IMG/VR virus record: IMGVR_UViG_3300030107_000800
Span: 1 to 64,000 of that record
Source: a virus
Direction: 5' to 3' (one strand)
Length of the DNA stretch: 64,000 nt
Both the position numbers and the translations under genes were made by a program. A model generated the notes under the pieces. The model ran no database searches and had not been told where the DNA came from. It saw only the letters and a program-made list of their open reading frames with translations. Every line of letters starts with the position of its first letter. Position 1 is the first letter of the stretch. Below, piece after piece: positions 32,501-39,158 of the stretch.

Positions 32501-33880
32501 ATCAGTAGATACTTGATCTAAAGAAGTTTCTACATTGGTATTTGTTGGTGCATCTACAGAATTACCTACCTGTCCTAATACCCACCTAGGCTGGTTTGTA
32601 CCAGTCTTAACAATTTTAGGATCAGTTGTCTCGAATCCTGGGTTAGAGACCTGTATCTGGTCTCCTACAGCAGAGTGTGGGTGTGAATCTTGTGGAGAAA
32701 GATTATAGACTACACCTAGAGTCAATAAAGATGCATTAGTACCTTCAATGATTACTGGTTTATAAACTGAAGTACCAGATGCATGTGTAGTAGGTACACT
32801 ACCTCTCTTTTCAATTATAAACTGTGTAGCGGTCTTATTATCAAATTTTATTTTCTCATCAGCAATAAGAATCTCACCAGTTGGTTCCCATCCAATAGTA
32901 GAGAAAACATCTATTCTCTTTCCTACACCATCTGTACTAGGAAGATTTCTCTCTAAACGAGTCTTAGTTGAGACTGCAAAGAATCCATTAACTGTCTCAG
33001 GAGCAAGTACAATATTCCATATTGATTCTCCATCAGCAGTATTATCTGGATAAACATTATCTACAGTAGCATCAGCATATCCATATTCATCAGTAACAGA
33101 CTGTACTATCTTCTTACCAATTAATAACTTAGGATCTCCTGATATAACTTTACATTTAAGAGCATAAACACTGATCCAATCAGCATTAGATACTTTATAT
33201 GTGTAATCTCTTGGTTTGTATACCTCTGGTTTTGTATCATTATTAACCAGAGTATTGAAAACAAATTCAATAGAACTATTAGTTCCTTTGGCCTTATAGA
33301 ATTTACTGATATTCTTAATCAGTGTTCTCTTATCAACTTCACCTTTAAGATACTTCTCAGGGAAAGAACCTAGATACTGACTCTCAAAATTTCTAACTAA
33401 GGCATATAGAAATAGATTACTTACATTATATACTGTCTCACCTGAATTATGAGGTGCAGCAGTGGTGCTAGAATAGGTTGAAGTATTGTATAGGTCACCA
33501 AGGGTAGTATTTCCACTAACGCCTCTTACACACTCTCTCAGCTCGGTATCAGTACGTGTACCATAGAATATAATTTCATCACCAATTCTTACGTAACCAT
33601 TTGCCTGTGGAAAACTCGACGCATCTTGTAGTACAATTGTATCAGCAGTAGCAGAAATATAAGCATCCAAGCTATCAAACTGTCTAAGAATATTTTGCTC
33701 ATAATAATCAATGTTGGAATAAGTTTGTAAATTGCTGGCAATATCTAAGGGGCCACCCTGAACTTCCTGACCTTCATAGTATTTCTGAACAAACTTGTGG
33801 AAAAGTGGGTATTCAGATACTATAAACTCAGGTAGTTGCGACTCAATAAGAGTGCTAATTCTTTTAGTCTTTACTGCCAT
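23570..33880 (-). CDS. gp7: Baseplate wedge initiator, gp7-like giant protein (3436 aa) with internal YHYH-like domain
   Basis: Lies between gp6 and gp8. Motifs LIESQLPEFI...FYKAKGT, DSNFYQDYSYVVKS...HPAGFKLFG and HSPIIGFAYDGNPIYG...LDQNNGRFC.TPDFPEGTYAYF. Confidence 0.8.
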   Translation of the reverse strand: MAVKTKRISTLIESQLPEFIVSEYPLFHKFVQKYYEGQEVQGGPLDIASNLQTYSNIDYYEQNILRQFDSLDAYISATADTIVLQDASSFPQANGYVRIGDEIIFYGTRTDTELRECVRGVSGNTTLGDLYNTSTYSSTTAAPHNSGETVYNVSNLFLYALVRNFESQYLGSFPEKYLKGEVDKRTLIKNISKFYKAKGTNSSIEFVFNTLVNNDTKPEVYKPRDYTYKVSNADWISVYALKCKVISGDPKLLIGKKIVQSVTDEYGYADATVDNVYPDNTADGESIWNIVLAPETVNGFFAVSTKTRLERNLPSTDGVGKRIDVFSTIGWEPTGEILIADEKIKFDNKTATQFIIEKRGSVPTTHASGTSVYKPVIIEGTNASLLTLGVVYNLSPQDSHPHSAVGDQIQVSNPGFETTDPKIVKTGTNQPRWVLGQVGNSVDAPTNTNVETSLDQVSTDVSALFEDEQYYYVSSSGFPSYKILDGPTISEPVQDQKLLRIIRKQATRTTEVYPTPKRDIGVLLNGVLAYGFKDEESIRYGKLEEIKVNTQGRGYASPPYVLVDGVRDKARAVLSGNVVESIIVDTTDTFPTTPEILITSGRRAEVRAIVTGAKVTSLVIDNAGEYYSSPPTVRIRDNAGRGRFAEYKALLTDGKITDFEKIDEGNFYNQNTVVVDIIPVGEGATGIPLLKEWNKNRFTKLSLDTDNGYVFQNFNNVFDYGYAHVGNPKSLRVALNDNLNGAGTEPATKTHSPIIGFAYDGNPIYGAFGYEDPLDATSSIIRMASSYSIVGQRTAGPDEGQWPLGSFTNDFVYNHKSGTLDQNNGRFCITPDFPEGTYAYFLTIDSNQIPQYPYIIGENFYSLPVDSNYNSNITQDDIPKDAKRLYTAGMPRNGEGVIATISEVKSGTVDSISVDRSSANFSVNSKVYFDNRGTEGSEAESIISSVKGKDVSYLQSKENKVVKLTTIQTAYLFANDTLRQPSSSAYGEIVGNVASDNVIVLKNVNGTFDNTGTFSADIKTFSLIIDQDSSYTEGAILSLTDGVNAPIATAEILEGTTQQNTLKIKVLTGTWIVDDTYFLQSSNLFNTSGSRIITLTSLSDNLEPFIVNQSVALIETASSHGLGIGDEVTVDIIPDDATKLKTWYVRKRLYQNIVLKAPSNKSTIDDTGIGRFQILNGGADYTANTYNNVPLTGGSGTGATASITVSNAGIVSNVTIQDSGSDYRKGDYLSVADESLVRSGGSLSSQRLTIYVDHVGFAAGQTSLKIKDVTGFCKNDLVKVGDEVLKVVSITTDSLNVDRGQEGTVDADHFNTQEVILYKPQYNFPSNYQIFTGAGTGYIQSYDPTTQQVGIIFDYAIEKSNAQDVTINSTFFDFSLPRRTVSISSIEPVEYKFEFSEDDSTYVPNINIDIQEYYKYRFDTSHSSLVGTYFDISPSKSYNLITVEKIASPVLPGNFGAYTDVKFGFGSRLATNNYDKKIGTDFANYYYFDKNGIVNSEGKYLKIVDDPLQGVRKVNYVTSNRFVYDLVGDPPLWDGSGTITYTTTGQFAIGEIDSFKIINLGLNYKKIPIIEGCDPNSEFKAKATVLFDTTTNTITGVNVSDKGSNYINPKIVITNGDGVDATFNVVVRDGSIFSITIDYPGVGYTFAPEIEIVESDLDAYVNSSSIGVPQSVSITKNGGAFHLDKTVASKFTSKSIFVLKNFNGTFKKGETLIQKIGGNEVARAVVSEWRSNLLKVENITGIFRQNNSIEGITSKATGTITSVFVTTFDKSITSFYDNLGYYKSDKGKLGVSNQKLIDSNFYQDYSYVVKSKTSIEQWRDLIKSTTHPAGFKLFGQVDIESDAAVPMPVSQPKDAHFTIVQLWDPEKNKITVESTKRIVTVTTQKVESQRIRKGSGSASNSEFNFNNTRAFTFTLNGAFDGTYNNDGQLIGTKSFQVLDQNGTPFTPVNAKSLIVTLDGVLQEPEKAYTVSGDNIVFAQPPLGPGTKAGSAYNGVTFYGRTFYFVDNQYNTKYLKKIRNIFERGGRWLDAANQVERNREFIVAEAVGYGKSKYASLDWSTKLDDYQRDIGYIIDGYEHDLRFGGNVKTYDYVNLFNQGSDYDYITSNKTESLDIFRYATNLVGLAIRNWDYQISVDYAIGSAEVTVGDTNNLAVGMYISAGRAFPANTKIVSIDTSTKITLSNNALLTSGTGVAAGISQLSGSQSGTAGTNTVQVPQGQTLQVPQGQTFAVAPATTGGEIATFTLSAVNNGQYVDASNLITSNKAYLQEEISEYIYATYTSLQTGDKAKCSRDIGLLIDAITYHLKFGGNEKIVDYARRYWTVSTYPGGQELTSLNRTSDERLAAIEAWDTLKDKITLTVRNNLPTGTYTAIAPVTDGSIAFDTNNPACVEVISSVDTMIESFKEIIVKGPGIIEVVKDNINKSGNWTTKLTYSNYNIIADSQLTAQECDNVISAVDSLYANVNTLINEVSTTRSLPDFIDGENKIFELYWDDSTAVDTEVDEDLFLTINAVLQRPKYTETYPGADAYYINRSVIPNQIIFDVAPICDQDLGAKTLGEVTAIEKVSGIGVANYKRLTIDYNLVDNVKSGPFLILDVEDMTVQTIEQKEFLYVFVDGILQREGYSYTVAGPNIYFNVPINSATKIDMRYLYGRNVGQVLNIYDFNPDSYYAKGVVTLETTAGADDLLRFRWMGDSIGLPVHAYQEVGGIKKIIGIASNFFRLNDMVRFTATGPKAEIDQTLPVVFAVGGKYNINTSVTLASSGSGVVYEADVDGRAVLSDLNSIWSGTLLGKNYRQPFIGISNLDKIRIEGEEGFRAIKKLPGSTTSKEQRAGEPVSTSHFGQVEVERYNGTTRGEGLSVVATIENGSVTKLEWNQRSYDPLTQPTAYQYETPPILHFIPKNGNGGGARATALVSKGQVISVDLLDGGSGYTEAPQVVVARRYDILAERDIGIVITQRIGVTKVDVSQTQTSSAHITILGTQVQNISTFTSTAFESPKSVTPDIEAEIQIDTDNIAEGQSGFDMPAGTEQPDNSQIVFIEPDPLVIESGGAAGSGAQPSIANVAIQDIVSLNSIQTVSKQITSSFTVDIDNTSLDNINYYQVGAYTNVDTDIADEVIYIPDTWKFSNSGYLLIGDEVVRYYRKLTDRFYMVQRGQEDTTAKFWAAGTFLRQVPERISVAPAGVAKIESTSETTTTDLILDVSISTNVLSEITITQSIASPGTTQTEVVLTPPASGAIDQYVEEAFINDPVPTRGIATSTVHTGSVDITDDYDVVQRGGGIVDVTNLVFGKTQDYIGDYIVTNVGNTLNHFDISGWDVGFTNVSGTTLQELDIHYPSLGIQDFEMRGLSAWTLAGQYWRIVNGSIQNPVAISQSTGTIGGPIVVAMTDNFPAAGYIFTSGGTVIQYTSKTATTFEGCTLFSGPDSINAGEDIIPFEPT
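27195..27238. repeat. 24-bp-period tandem duplication inside the gp7-like gene (QVPQGQTL-QVPQGQTF)
   Basis: aatgtttgtccttgtggaac at 27195-27214 and 27219-27238. Confidence 0.85.
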
Positions 33881-35676
33881 TACTCTTTATACGCAACGAA
33901 GCTGGAATTTGCAATGTCAACATCAAGATACATCTCTCGAAGTGCCTTGACATCATTAGATAGTGGTTTCACTCTAAGTGAAATACGATTGTCGAAGAAA
34001 CTACCTTTAATAATAGTTAAGTCGTATAACTTTAGTTCACCTTTGACATAATCAATATCACCAACTTCCTTGTCCAGGACAACCTTCTCACCAGTTGAGG
34101 AATCTATTCTATATAGGACAATCTTCTCATCTCTGTCTTCTAAGTAGACATCAAAAGTAGGATATTCTGTTACTCTAAATCCTGTTGATGAGAGAACAGG
34201 ATTATCACAATCCTTATCAAATGCATTCTGATAACAAACTTCATAGAAGAAAGTAGAATTTAATTGAGGATAGAAGTCTCTCCTCATAGTAACTGATGTT
34301 AAATTAGAATTAATACTCGAATCTGCCTCATCAATTACAGCAGTAAACTTACTATATCTAAATTTACCCTTAAATTTCTCTGTACCACTAGTATTAGTAT
34401 ATTGTTTTACTGCACCAATGGCCACATCTCGTATTTCAGCAGGAGGAGAATCTGTTTTTGACCCACTATAATAGATCTCACTGGTCAATTCTACGAATAA
34501 AACAGCAGGATCAACGATAACTGGTTCAACAGAAGCAACAACATACTTCTTTAACTCCTCAACAATCTGATTTTTAGTCAAAGATGTCAAATATGAAGCA
34601 TCAGTTGGCTTTAAAACAACAAAAACTTTACCATAATCAGGTGGATCTTGGTCTTCTCCACCAAAAATTATGATATCGCTAGTAGCAGGATAGATATTTC
34701 TTACGATTGCACCATAGTCTTCAGCAGTTACAGCACGATCTTGAGTACCAAATGTCTTAGGTGCATTAAATTTGATCTTTTCTGTGGTTTCTTGCTCTTC
34801 TCCACCAGCAGCAGGAATAGAATTATTGATTGTTACGTTATATGAATTAGGAGTAAGACCACTTCCATTAACTAAAACACCATTAAACACAAAAGATTTG
34901 ACTCCATTGGACTCAGAACCAGATGTTGTGATGTAAGTTACACGAATTTGAGCATTATTTTCTAATTTTTTACCTAAAACACCATCTCCAAATATCAATT
35001 CATACCTATCATCAGCAATTTCTTCTAAAAAGAAGACTTTTGATGTGCTATCTACACCTAAAATATTGTCTGCCCTCAGATATGGCTCGTTAAATGACCC
35101 TCCAGTAGGATAAACTTGGACTGATATTGTATTTGTATCAATATCTGGGTTGTTTAAAATGAATTTTTGTGATTTTTGTGCTGTCTGAACAGTAAATGTC
35201 TGTGATACTTGTGTTCCTTCTCTTAAAGGAACGTTAGTGAAGACGGCCTGATTGTTTGCAACTGCTGCTTTTACACCTTTTTCCACAACATATTGATAAA
35301 CATTGTTATCATAGGTAGTAAAAAACCCAGTTCCACCTTTTAAGTTTAATTCTGTATCGGTAGTAGGATTGCTATAGTCAACTGTAAAGTCAATATATGC
35401 AGTAGGAGATGTTTTTGACTTAGGTGTATATCCTAACTGCTTTGCAATTGCTACTACATTGTCTCTTAGAGACGCGGAATCAATGAATAATTCATTGACT
35501 ACCATGTTTGTATTGAACGCAGTATAGTACGTATTATAAGCAAGTACGTCTATTAAGTTCGATATAGCAGAACCTTCAAAATCATAGTCAGTAAAATCTG
35601 ACTGCGACTTTAAATAGTCCTTCAGCGTAGTTTTGATCTGTTCAAAATCTAAATTAGCAACTTGAGTATAAGGCAT
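33880..35676 (-). CDS. gp6: Baseplate wedge subunit, T4 gp6-like (598 aa)
   Basis: LDFEQIK..LKDYL..QSDFTDYDFEGS...LAYNTYY and QDRAVTAEDY motifs. Confidence 0.93.
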   Translation of the reverse strand: MPYTQVANLDFEQIKTTLKDYLKSQSDFTDYDFEGSAISNLIDVLAYNTYYTAFNTNMVVNELFIDSASLRDNVVAIAKQLGYTPKSKTSPTAYIDFTVDYSNPTTDTELNLKGGTGFFTTYDNNVYQYVVEKGVKAAVANNQAVFTNVPLREGTQVSQTFTVQTAQKSQKFILNNPDIDTNTISVQVYPTGGSFNEPYLRADNILGVDSTSKVFFLEEIADDRYELIFGDGVLGKKLENNAQIRVTYITTSGSESNGVKSFVFNGVLVNGSGLTPNSYNVTINNSIPAAGGEEQETTEKIKFNAPKTFGTQDRAVTAEDYGAIVRNIYPATSDIIIFGGEDQDPPDYGKVFVVLKPTDASYLTSLTKNQIVEELKKYVVASVEPVIVDPAVLFVELTSEIYYSGSKTDSPPAEIRDVAIGAVKQYTNTSGTEKFKGKFRYSKFTAVIDEADSSINSNLTSVTMRRDFYPQLNSTFFYEVCYQNAFDKDCDNPVLSSTGFRVTEYPTFDVYLEDRDEKIVLYRIDSSTGEKVVLDKEVGDIDYVKGELKLYDLTIIKGSFFDNRISLRVKPLSNDVKALREMYLDVDIANSSFVAYKE

Positions 35677-36069
35677 TTATCGAGTACGTTCTAAGAAGAA
35701 ACCTGCCTGTTGTTGTCTATCTTCTCGTCCTATAATTCTATAGAAAATTTCTACCTCATATCCATTAGTATTGAAGTCTGGTTCGCATAGAACATCCTCT
35801 ACAATTACTCGTGGTTCCCATCTTTTAATGGTTTCCTTAACTTGAGACTTAATCATACCAGCAGTACCATAATCTAATGGTTCAAATAATGACTTCTGGA
35901 GATTAGATCCTAGTTGAGGTTGGAATAGACGCTCACCTTTATTAGTAAGAAGCAGGTTTTTGATTGATTGAGTAATCGCAGCCTTATCCTTCACCGTGAT
36001 TACATCATCGGTTACAGGATGCTTCTTAAATGTAACGCTTAAATCTTTAAACGTTTGGAACGTGGGCAT
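35677..36069 (-). CDS. gp25: Baseplate wedge subunit gp25 (130 aa)
   Basis: AITQSIKNLLLTNKGERLFQPQLGS...WEPRV is the GPW/gp25 signature. Confidence 0.93.
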   Translation of the reverse strand: MPTFQTFKDLSVTFKKHPVTDDVITVKDKAAITQSIKNLLLTNKGERLFQPQLGSNLQKSLFEPLDYGTAGMIKSQVKETIKRWEPRVIVEDVLCEPDFNTNGYEVEIFYRIIGREDRQQQAGFFLERTR

Positions 36070-36090
36070 TTAGACACAGCAAAGCTATTT

Positions 36091-36384
36091 CTATTTATCC
36101 ACTGTAACTGAATAGAATGTATATTTCAAAAATAATTCCTCGCCCTTGTGGATGGGCTTAATTGTCTTTACGAAGTATTTGTCATCTTCTAACCACTTCA
36201 CACAGTTAGGATCTTCTGAGTGGTTTATGAACCCACCCAGAGGTGTTCTATAGATCACTTCGTCCACAATAAGATGAGACATACCCAATACCATACCAGC
36301 AGGTATATCTTCTCGTGCGAATATACCTTGTCCTGCTATTGGACTATTTTTAATATGGAGTCTACTGGGTAATGCTTGATACAT
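36091..36384 (-). CDS. Minimal SET-domain protein (putative protein-lysine methyltransferase, 97 aa)
   Basis: SET motifs in order: SPIAGQGIFA (GxG), FINHSEDPN (NHS), GEELFLKY (ELxxxY). Confidence 0.85.
   Translation of the reverse strand: MYQALPSRLHIKNSPIAGQGIFAREDIPAGMVLGMSHLIVDEVIYRTPLGGFINHSEDPNCVKWLEDDKYFVKTIKPIHKGEELFLKYTFYSVTVDK
36092..36098 (-). promoter_or_regulatory. T4-type late promoter core (ATAAATA) for gp25-gp6-gp7
   Basis: Overlaps the end of the SET gene, 23 nt upstream of gp25. Confidence 0.7.
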
Positions 36385-36414
36385 GATCGGCGTTTTCGGT
36401 GCTCGGAGCGTGCG

Positions 36415-36615
36415 TCAATCTAAAGGTGCGTGACACTTTGGACAGAAATCTTTCTTCTGTGCCATAAACTGTTGATAGATATCCTCACACATCTCATGAG
36501 CAGAGTGTCTAGGAACCATCACCTTGTAGATAAGACCCTCCCTAGCGGAAAGAGTCTCTAACATACTACCCACTTCTTTCCAGAGGGCCTCATTGTCCAA
36601 GTTCTCGTAACTCAA
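36415..36615 (-). CDS. Hypothetical protein (66 aa) with C-terminal CPKCH
   Basis: TTG start overlapping the upstream stop (TTGA). Confidence 0.6.
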   Translation of the reverse strand: MSYENLDNEALWKEVGSMLETLSAREGLIYKVMVPRHSAHEMCEDIYQQFMAQKKDFCPKCHAPLD

Positions 36616-36761
36616 TTTCCCTGTCCTCTATACTTCTTCCTCGCAGAGTTACGCGAGGTGGCACTCAACTTCGTGTATTGGCTACGCCCTTGTCGCGTTT
36701 TCTTCGGTTGGGCAGCAACATAACTGCTAGATCCCCACACTCCAGATTTTGCTTTTGCCAT
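36612..36761 (-). CDS. Small very basic peptide (49 aa, MAKAKSGVWG...PKKTRQGRSQYTKLSATSRNSARKKYRGQGN), not in the ORF track
   Basis: Manual translation. The KKYRGQG ending is typical of the small gene found between PAAR and gp25 in T4-like marine phages. Has its own promoter. Confidence 0.8.
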   Translation of the reverse strand: MAKAKSGVWGSSSYVAAQPKKTRQGRSQYTKLSATSRNSARKKYRGQGN

Positions 36762-36783
36762 AATTCAAAAATAATGTATGTAT

Positions 36784-36812
36784 ATTGTAAATGATTCGGT
36801 AAGACTTGTCAA
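36784..36812 (-). promoter_or_regulatory. Near-consensus sigma70 promoter TTGACA-N17-TACAAT
   Basis: tgtcaa at 36807-36812 and attgta at 36784-36789, upstream of the basic peptide, 66-aa ORF and SET gene. Confidence 0.8.
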
Positions 36813-37120
36813 GACCCGACAACCACATCTTCAGATCCATCTGAAATCTTATGATTACTTGCCATATCACCTACAGAAAGACACTTCTTTCCTTCCCACA
36901 ATACCTTACTAGAAGAGGCTGCCGAGAATTCTACAGTTGGACATGTAACACAACTAGGACCAGCATCTCTAGTATGACCAGTAAACACATCTCCTTCCAA
37001 TGACACCAGTTGATTATTCACTTTAATCTTACTAGACTTTACAGCACCTGCAAGATTTGACTCAAGATCACACCCATGAAGGTTGTCAACCTTATCGTTA
37101 ACTCGTGCTACTTCTGGCAT
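36809..37120 (-). CDS. PAAR-repeat baseplate spike tip (T4 gp5.4-like, 103 aa)
   Basis: MPEVARVND...HGC...IKVN...GD...H...SSKV...GD...I.DGSEDV.VG pattern. Confidence 0.85.
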   Translation of the reverse strand: MPEVARVNDKVDNLHGCDLESNLAGAVKSSKIKVNNQLVSLEGDVFTGHTRDAGPSCVTCPTVEFSAASSSKVLWEGKKCLSVGDMASNHKISDGSEDVVVGS

Positions 37121-37347
37121 TAGACTGAACTCGCTGTTTTTACTAGATCTTTCTTAAGACCTTCTATGTTATTATGTAGGTAGTCCAATGTATCTGAGAG
37201 GGACTCGTATTCACTCTTCTGAGGACGACGGTATATCAACGATGGCTGCTCTAGCTGGGATATCCGTTGGTCCAGGCTTTGCAATCTCTCTGACAGCATC
37301 AGGAGTGCTTGCTCCAATTTTTTCTGATTCGCTTGTAACTCTTCCAT
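37120..37347 (-). CDS. Coiled-coil hypothetical protein (probable start 37347, MEELQANQKKLE...)
   Basis: GGAG Shine-Dalgarno ~10 nt upstream of ATG 37347, heptad pattern, stop overlaps the PAAR start. Confidence 0.7.
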   Translation of the reverse strand: MEELQANQKKLEQALLMLSERLQSLDQRISQLEQPSLIYRRPQKSEYESLSDTLDYLHNNIEGLKKDLVKTASSV

Positions 37348-37465
37348 TATTTTGATCTCCACGTAAAAATGCCTCTGCTGCTCGTGATTCAAACGAGTCG
37401 CAGAAGCTGTCAAAGTTATTGATTACATCATCAATGTTTTTAAACTGTTCCACTGTAACCCTCAT
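37211..37465 (-). CDS. Hypothetical protein (84 aa) overlapping the downstream gene by 137 nt
   Basis: ORF track. N-terminal half has protein-like composition (NFDSFCDSFESRAAEAF). Confidence 0.55.
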   Translation of the reverse strand: MRVTVEQFKNIDDVINNFDSFCDSFESRAAEAFLRGDQNNGRVTSESEKIGASTPDAVREIAKPGPTDIPARAAIVDIPSSSEE

Positions 37466-37865
37466 CTAGATTTATATCACCATCATTGCAATGTGCCTGA
37501 TGATGGTGCTCCTCTTGCCTATGCATATGTTCTAATACATGGTCGAGTTTACCTTCAATGTTATGAAGTACATCTATCATCTCACGATGTGGGTCATGTC
37601 CCTCTGGAGGATAAAGATCATTTCCATATCCTGCTGGTGGTGACACGGGCGTTCCTGGAATATTTCCAATTACTTCCTGAATAAGGCCAGGTTGTGAAGT
37701 TACCTCTGTACCAGGCACAGGGCTAGCAGCATCCCTTATGTCTGCATGGAGTCGCTCTGTCCTCTGAATCTCTTCGTTAGTCATATTATTTTCTATCTCC
37801 TCTTTAGTTTTAATTATATCAGGTATATCATCTGCTGTAAAGCTATGATCGACTTTTTCGGCCAT
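37440..37865 (-). CDS. Acidic, His-rich late protein (141 aa)
   Basis: First ORF after the late promoter at 37924. Contains HVLEHMHRQEEHHHQAHC. Confidence 0.75.
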   Translation of the reverse strand: MAEKVDHSFTADDIPDIIKTKEEIENNMTNEEIQRTERLHADIRDAASPVPGTEVTSQPGLIQEVIGNIPGTPVSPPAGYGNDLYPPEGHDPHREMIDVLHNIEGKLDHVLEHMHRQEEHHHQAHCNDGDINLDEGYSGTV

Positions 37866-37923
37866 TTTTTTGCTGGAAAAATTTTTTGGAATTTCTTGTT
37901 TTAAAAAACCAATTTTGTAATTA

Positions 37924-37930
37924 TATTTAT
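37924..37930 (-). promoter_or_regulatory. T4-type late promoter core (ATAAATA) opening the late baseplate module
   Basis: Intergenic at the early/late boundary. Confidence 0.7.
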
Positions 37931-38002
37931 CTCTCGACTGGATACTTTTGTAGGTTAGGGGAGTCTTCGTTTTTTGAAATCGCTTGGCGACCCCTAAGTA
38001 AC

Positions 38003-38030
38003 AAAAAAGGGGGCAAATACTGCCCCCTAA
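38003..38030 (-). terminator. Rho-independent terminator closing the early region
   Basis: AGGGGGCA-gtatt-TGCCCCCT followed by a T run on the minus strand. Confidence 0.88.
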
Positions 38031-38041
38031 CTGTTAATAAC

Positions 38042-38194
38042 TCATGCGGTGACTAATTCACATTTAAAACCACAACTTCGGTAGTAATATAACATATCCA
38101 TTGCAGATTGCAGTGATGGAAATGATATTAATCGAGGGTGATTTTGGTCACTATCTGTCCAATAGCGAATTAATTGCGGTCCGATTGTGTACAT
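38042..38194 (-). CDS. Small early protein (50 aa, MYTIGPQLIRYWTD...YYRSCGFKCELVTA)
   Basis: Manual translation, stop immediately before the terminator. Confidence 0.7.
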   Translation of the reverse strand: MYTIGPQLIRYWTDSDQNHPRLISFPSLQSAMDMLYYYRSCGFKCELVTA

Positions 38195-38319
38195 AATGAA
38201 GAATCAATTTGACATAATTTGTTGTTACGTTCCTCAACCATATTAGAGAAGGAATGTATTATATTAGCACCCACGATTGCGGACACTAATATAAAAGAAA
38301 TAGCGAGGGTCACTCTCAT
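38170..38319 (-). CDS. Small protein with N-terminal hydrophobic helix (probable start 38319)
   Basis: MRVTLAISFILVSAIVGANII...LCQIDSSLC. Confidence 0.6.
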   Translation of the reverse strand: MRVTLAISFILVSAIVGANIIHSFSNMVEERNNKLCQIDSSLCTQSDRN

Positions 38320-38326
38320 AACTGTC

Positions 38327-38524
38327 CTAGTGGCGGTCTGAGATGTACCAAGTCCCACCCGTGGGAACCTCGCGAGGCATCCAGTTGTTTTCCTGGAGTG
38401 CGGTCAATGCTGCCATGACTGCCGCGTCCTTCTTAGCGGATTCGTTCATAAGAACTGCTCCCCCAAATTCGGGTGTTAGGTCGCGGTTGAAAGTCATGGG
38501 CAAATCCTGTGATTGATTTTTCAT
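38327..38524 (-). CDS. Small early protein (65 aa), probably leaderless
   Basis: The ATG is the 7th nt after a TAAAAT -10 box. Confidence 0.7.
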   Translation of the reverse strand: MKNQSQDLPMTFNRDLTPEFGGAVLMNESAKKDAAVMAALTALQENNWMPREVPTGGTWYISDRH

Positions 38525-38530
38525 ATATTC

Positions 38531-38607
38531 ATTTTAGCGGATCGTGAGCGAAAAAAACGAAATGTTAAGAAAAGCAACTGTATAATGACCAGTGCGGTAA
38601 CTGGCAC
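38531..38607 (-). promoter_or_regulatory. Early promoter, class A (-10 TAAAAT, middle box, 22-bp palindrome 50 nt from -10)
   Basis: atttta 38531-36, tgttaagaaaagcaac from 38563, tgaccagtgcggtaactggcac 38586-38607. Confidence 0.7.
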
Positions 38608-38705
38608 ATTATTTGTTAACTCTTTGGGTGCTTCAAATTGCAAGTTCTTTGTAATAGGAAGTGGGGTGAAATTGTGATGCAATTGTTGTTAGATAGTGGG
38701 AAAAA

Positions 38706-38849
38706 TTAATCCACAATAATGTTAGTTACTAATTCAAATACCTCTGGTTTGATATCATTTTGCCTAGCAAGTGCATCTAGAAAAATGTTAGTAACTATAT
38801 CTAATTCGTCACCAGTTAGTGATTCATAGATGTCGAAAGTTTGTGCCAT
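38706..38849 (-). CDS. Small acidic early protein (47 aa, MAQTFDIYESLTGDELD...)
   Basis: Manual translation, starts 3 nt after the upstream stop. Confidence 0.65.
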   Translation of the reverse strand: MAQTFDIYESLTGDELDIVTNIFLDALARQNDIKPEVFELVTNIIVD

Positions 38850-38852
38850 TGT

Positions 38853-39158
38853 TTATATAAATGCGTCAGATGTTTCTACTTCACTAATAAGAACTGCGTC
38901 CTGCCTAAATGCAACTTTGTAGGCGATTGCGATCTTATTAAATACTTTTCTCATAGAATCTAACTCGCTATTCATAACATCTACATAGAGAATCTTCACT
39001 GGTTCGCTAACACCTTTCCACCAACCTTCACCATCAATTAGTGTGCCATATTCCATAACTGGCATAATATTTTGTCTGACAAATTCGTCCATCAAATAGT
39101 CATTAACTGTTCCTCCGTTAGGTATCATTCTACCCATAGAAAGTTCAAGACGTTTCAT
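38853..39158 (-). CDS. DUF3574-like protein (probable start 39158)
   Basis: GRMIPNGGTV...GTLIDGEGWWKG..E..KI...YK..FRQDAVL pattern. Confidence 0.65.
   Translation of the reverse strand: MKRLELSMGRMIPNGGTVNDYLMDEFVRQNIMPVMEYGTLIDGEGWWKGVSEPVKILYVDVMNSELDSMRKVFNKIAIAYKVAFRQDAVLISEVETSDAFI

Noticed and set aside
33796-33804. Isolated DnaA-box matches (33796, 45052, 59587; near-match 38707)
   Set aside because: Single copies inside coding sequence, compatible with chance and not counted as part of the cluster.
894-34845. Many 60-130 aa ORF-track entries on the plus strand or in alternate minus frames within the giant structural genes (also 54174-62046)
   Set aside because: Shadow ORFs of long, codon-biased genes, with no SD or promoter and non-protein-like composition.
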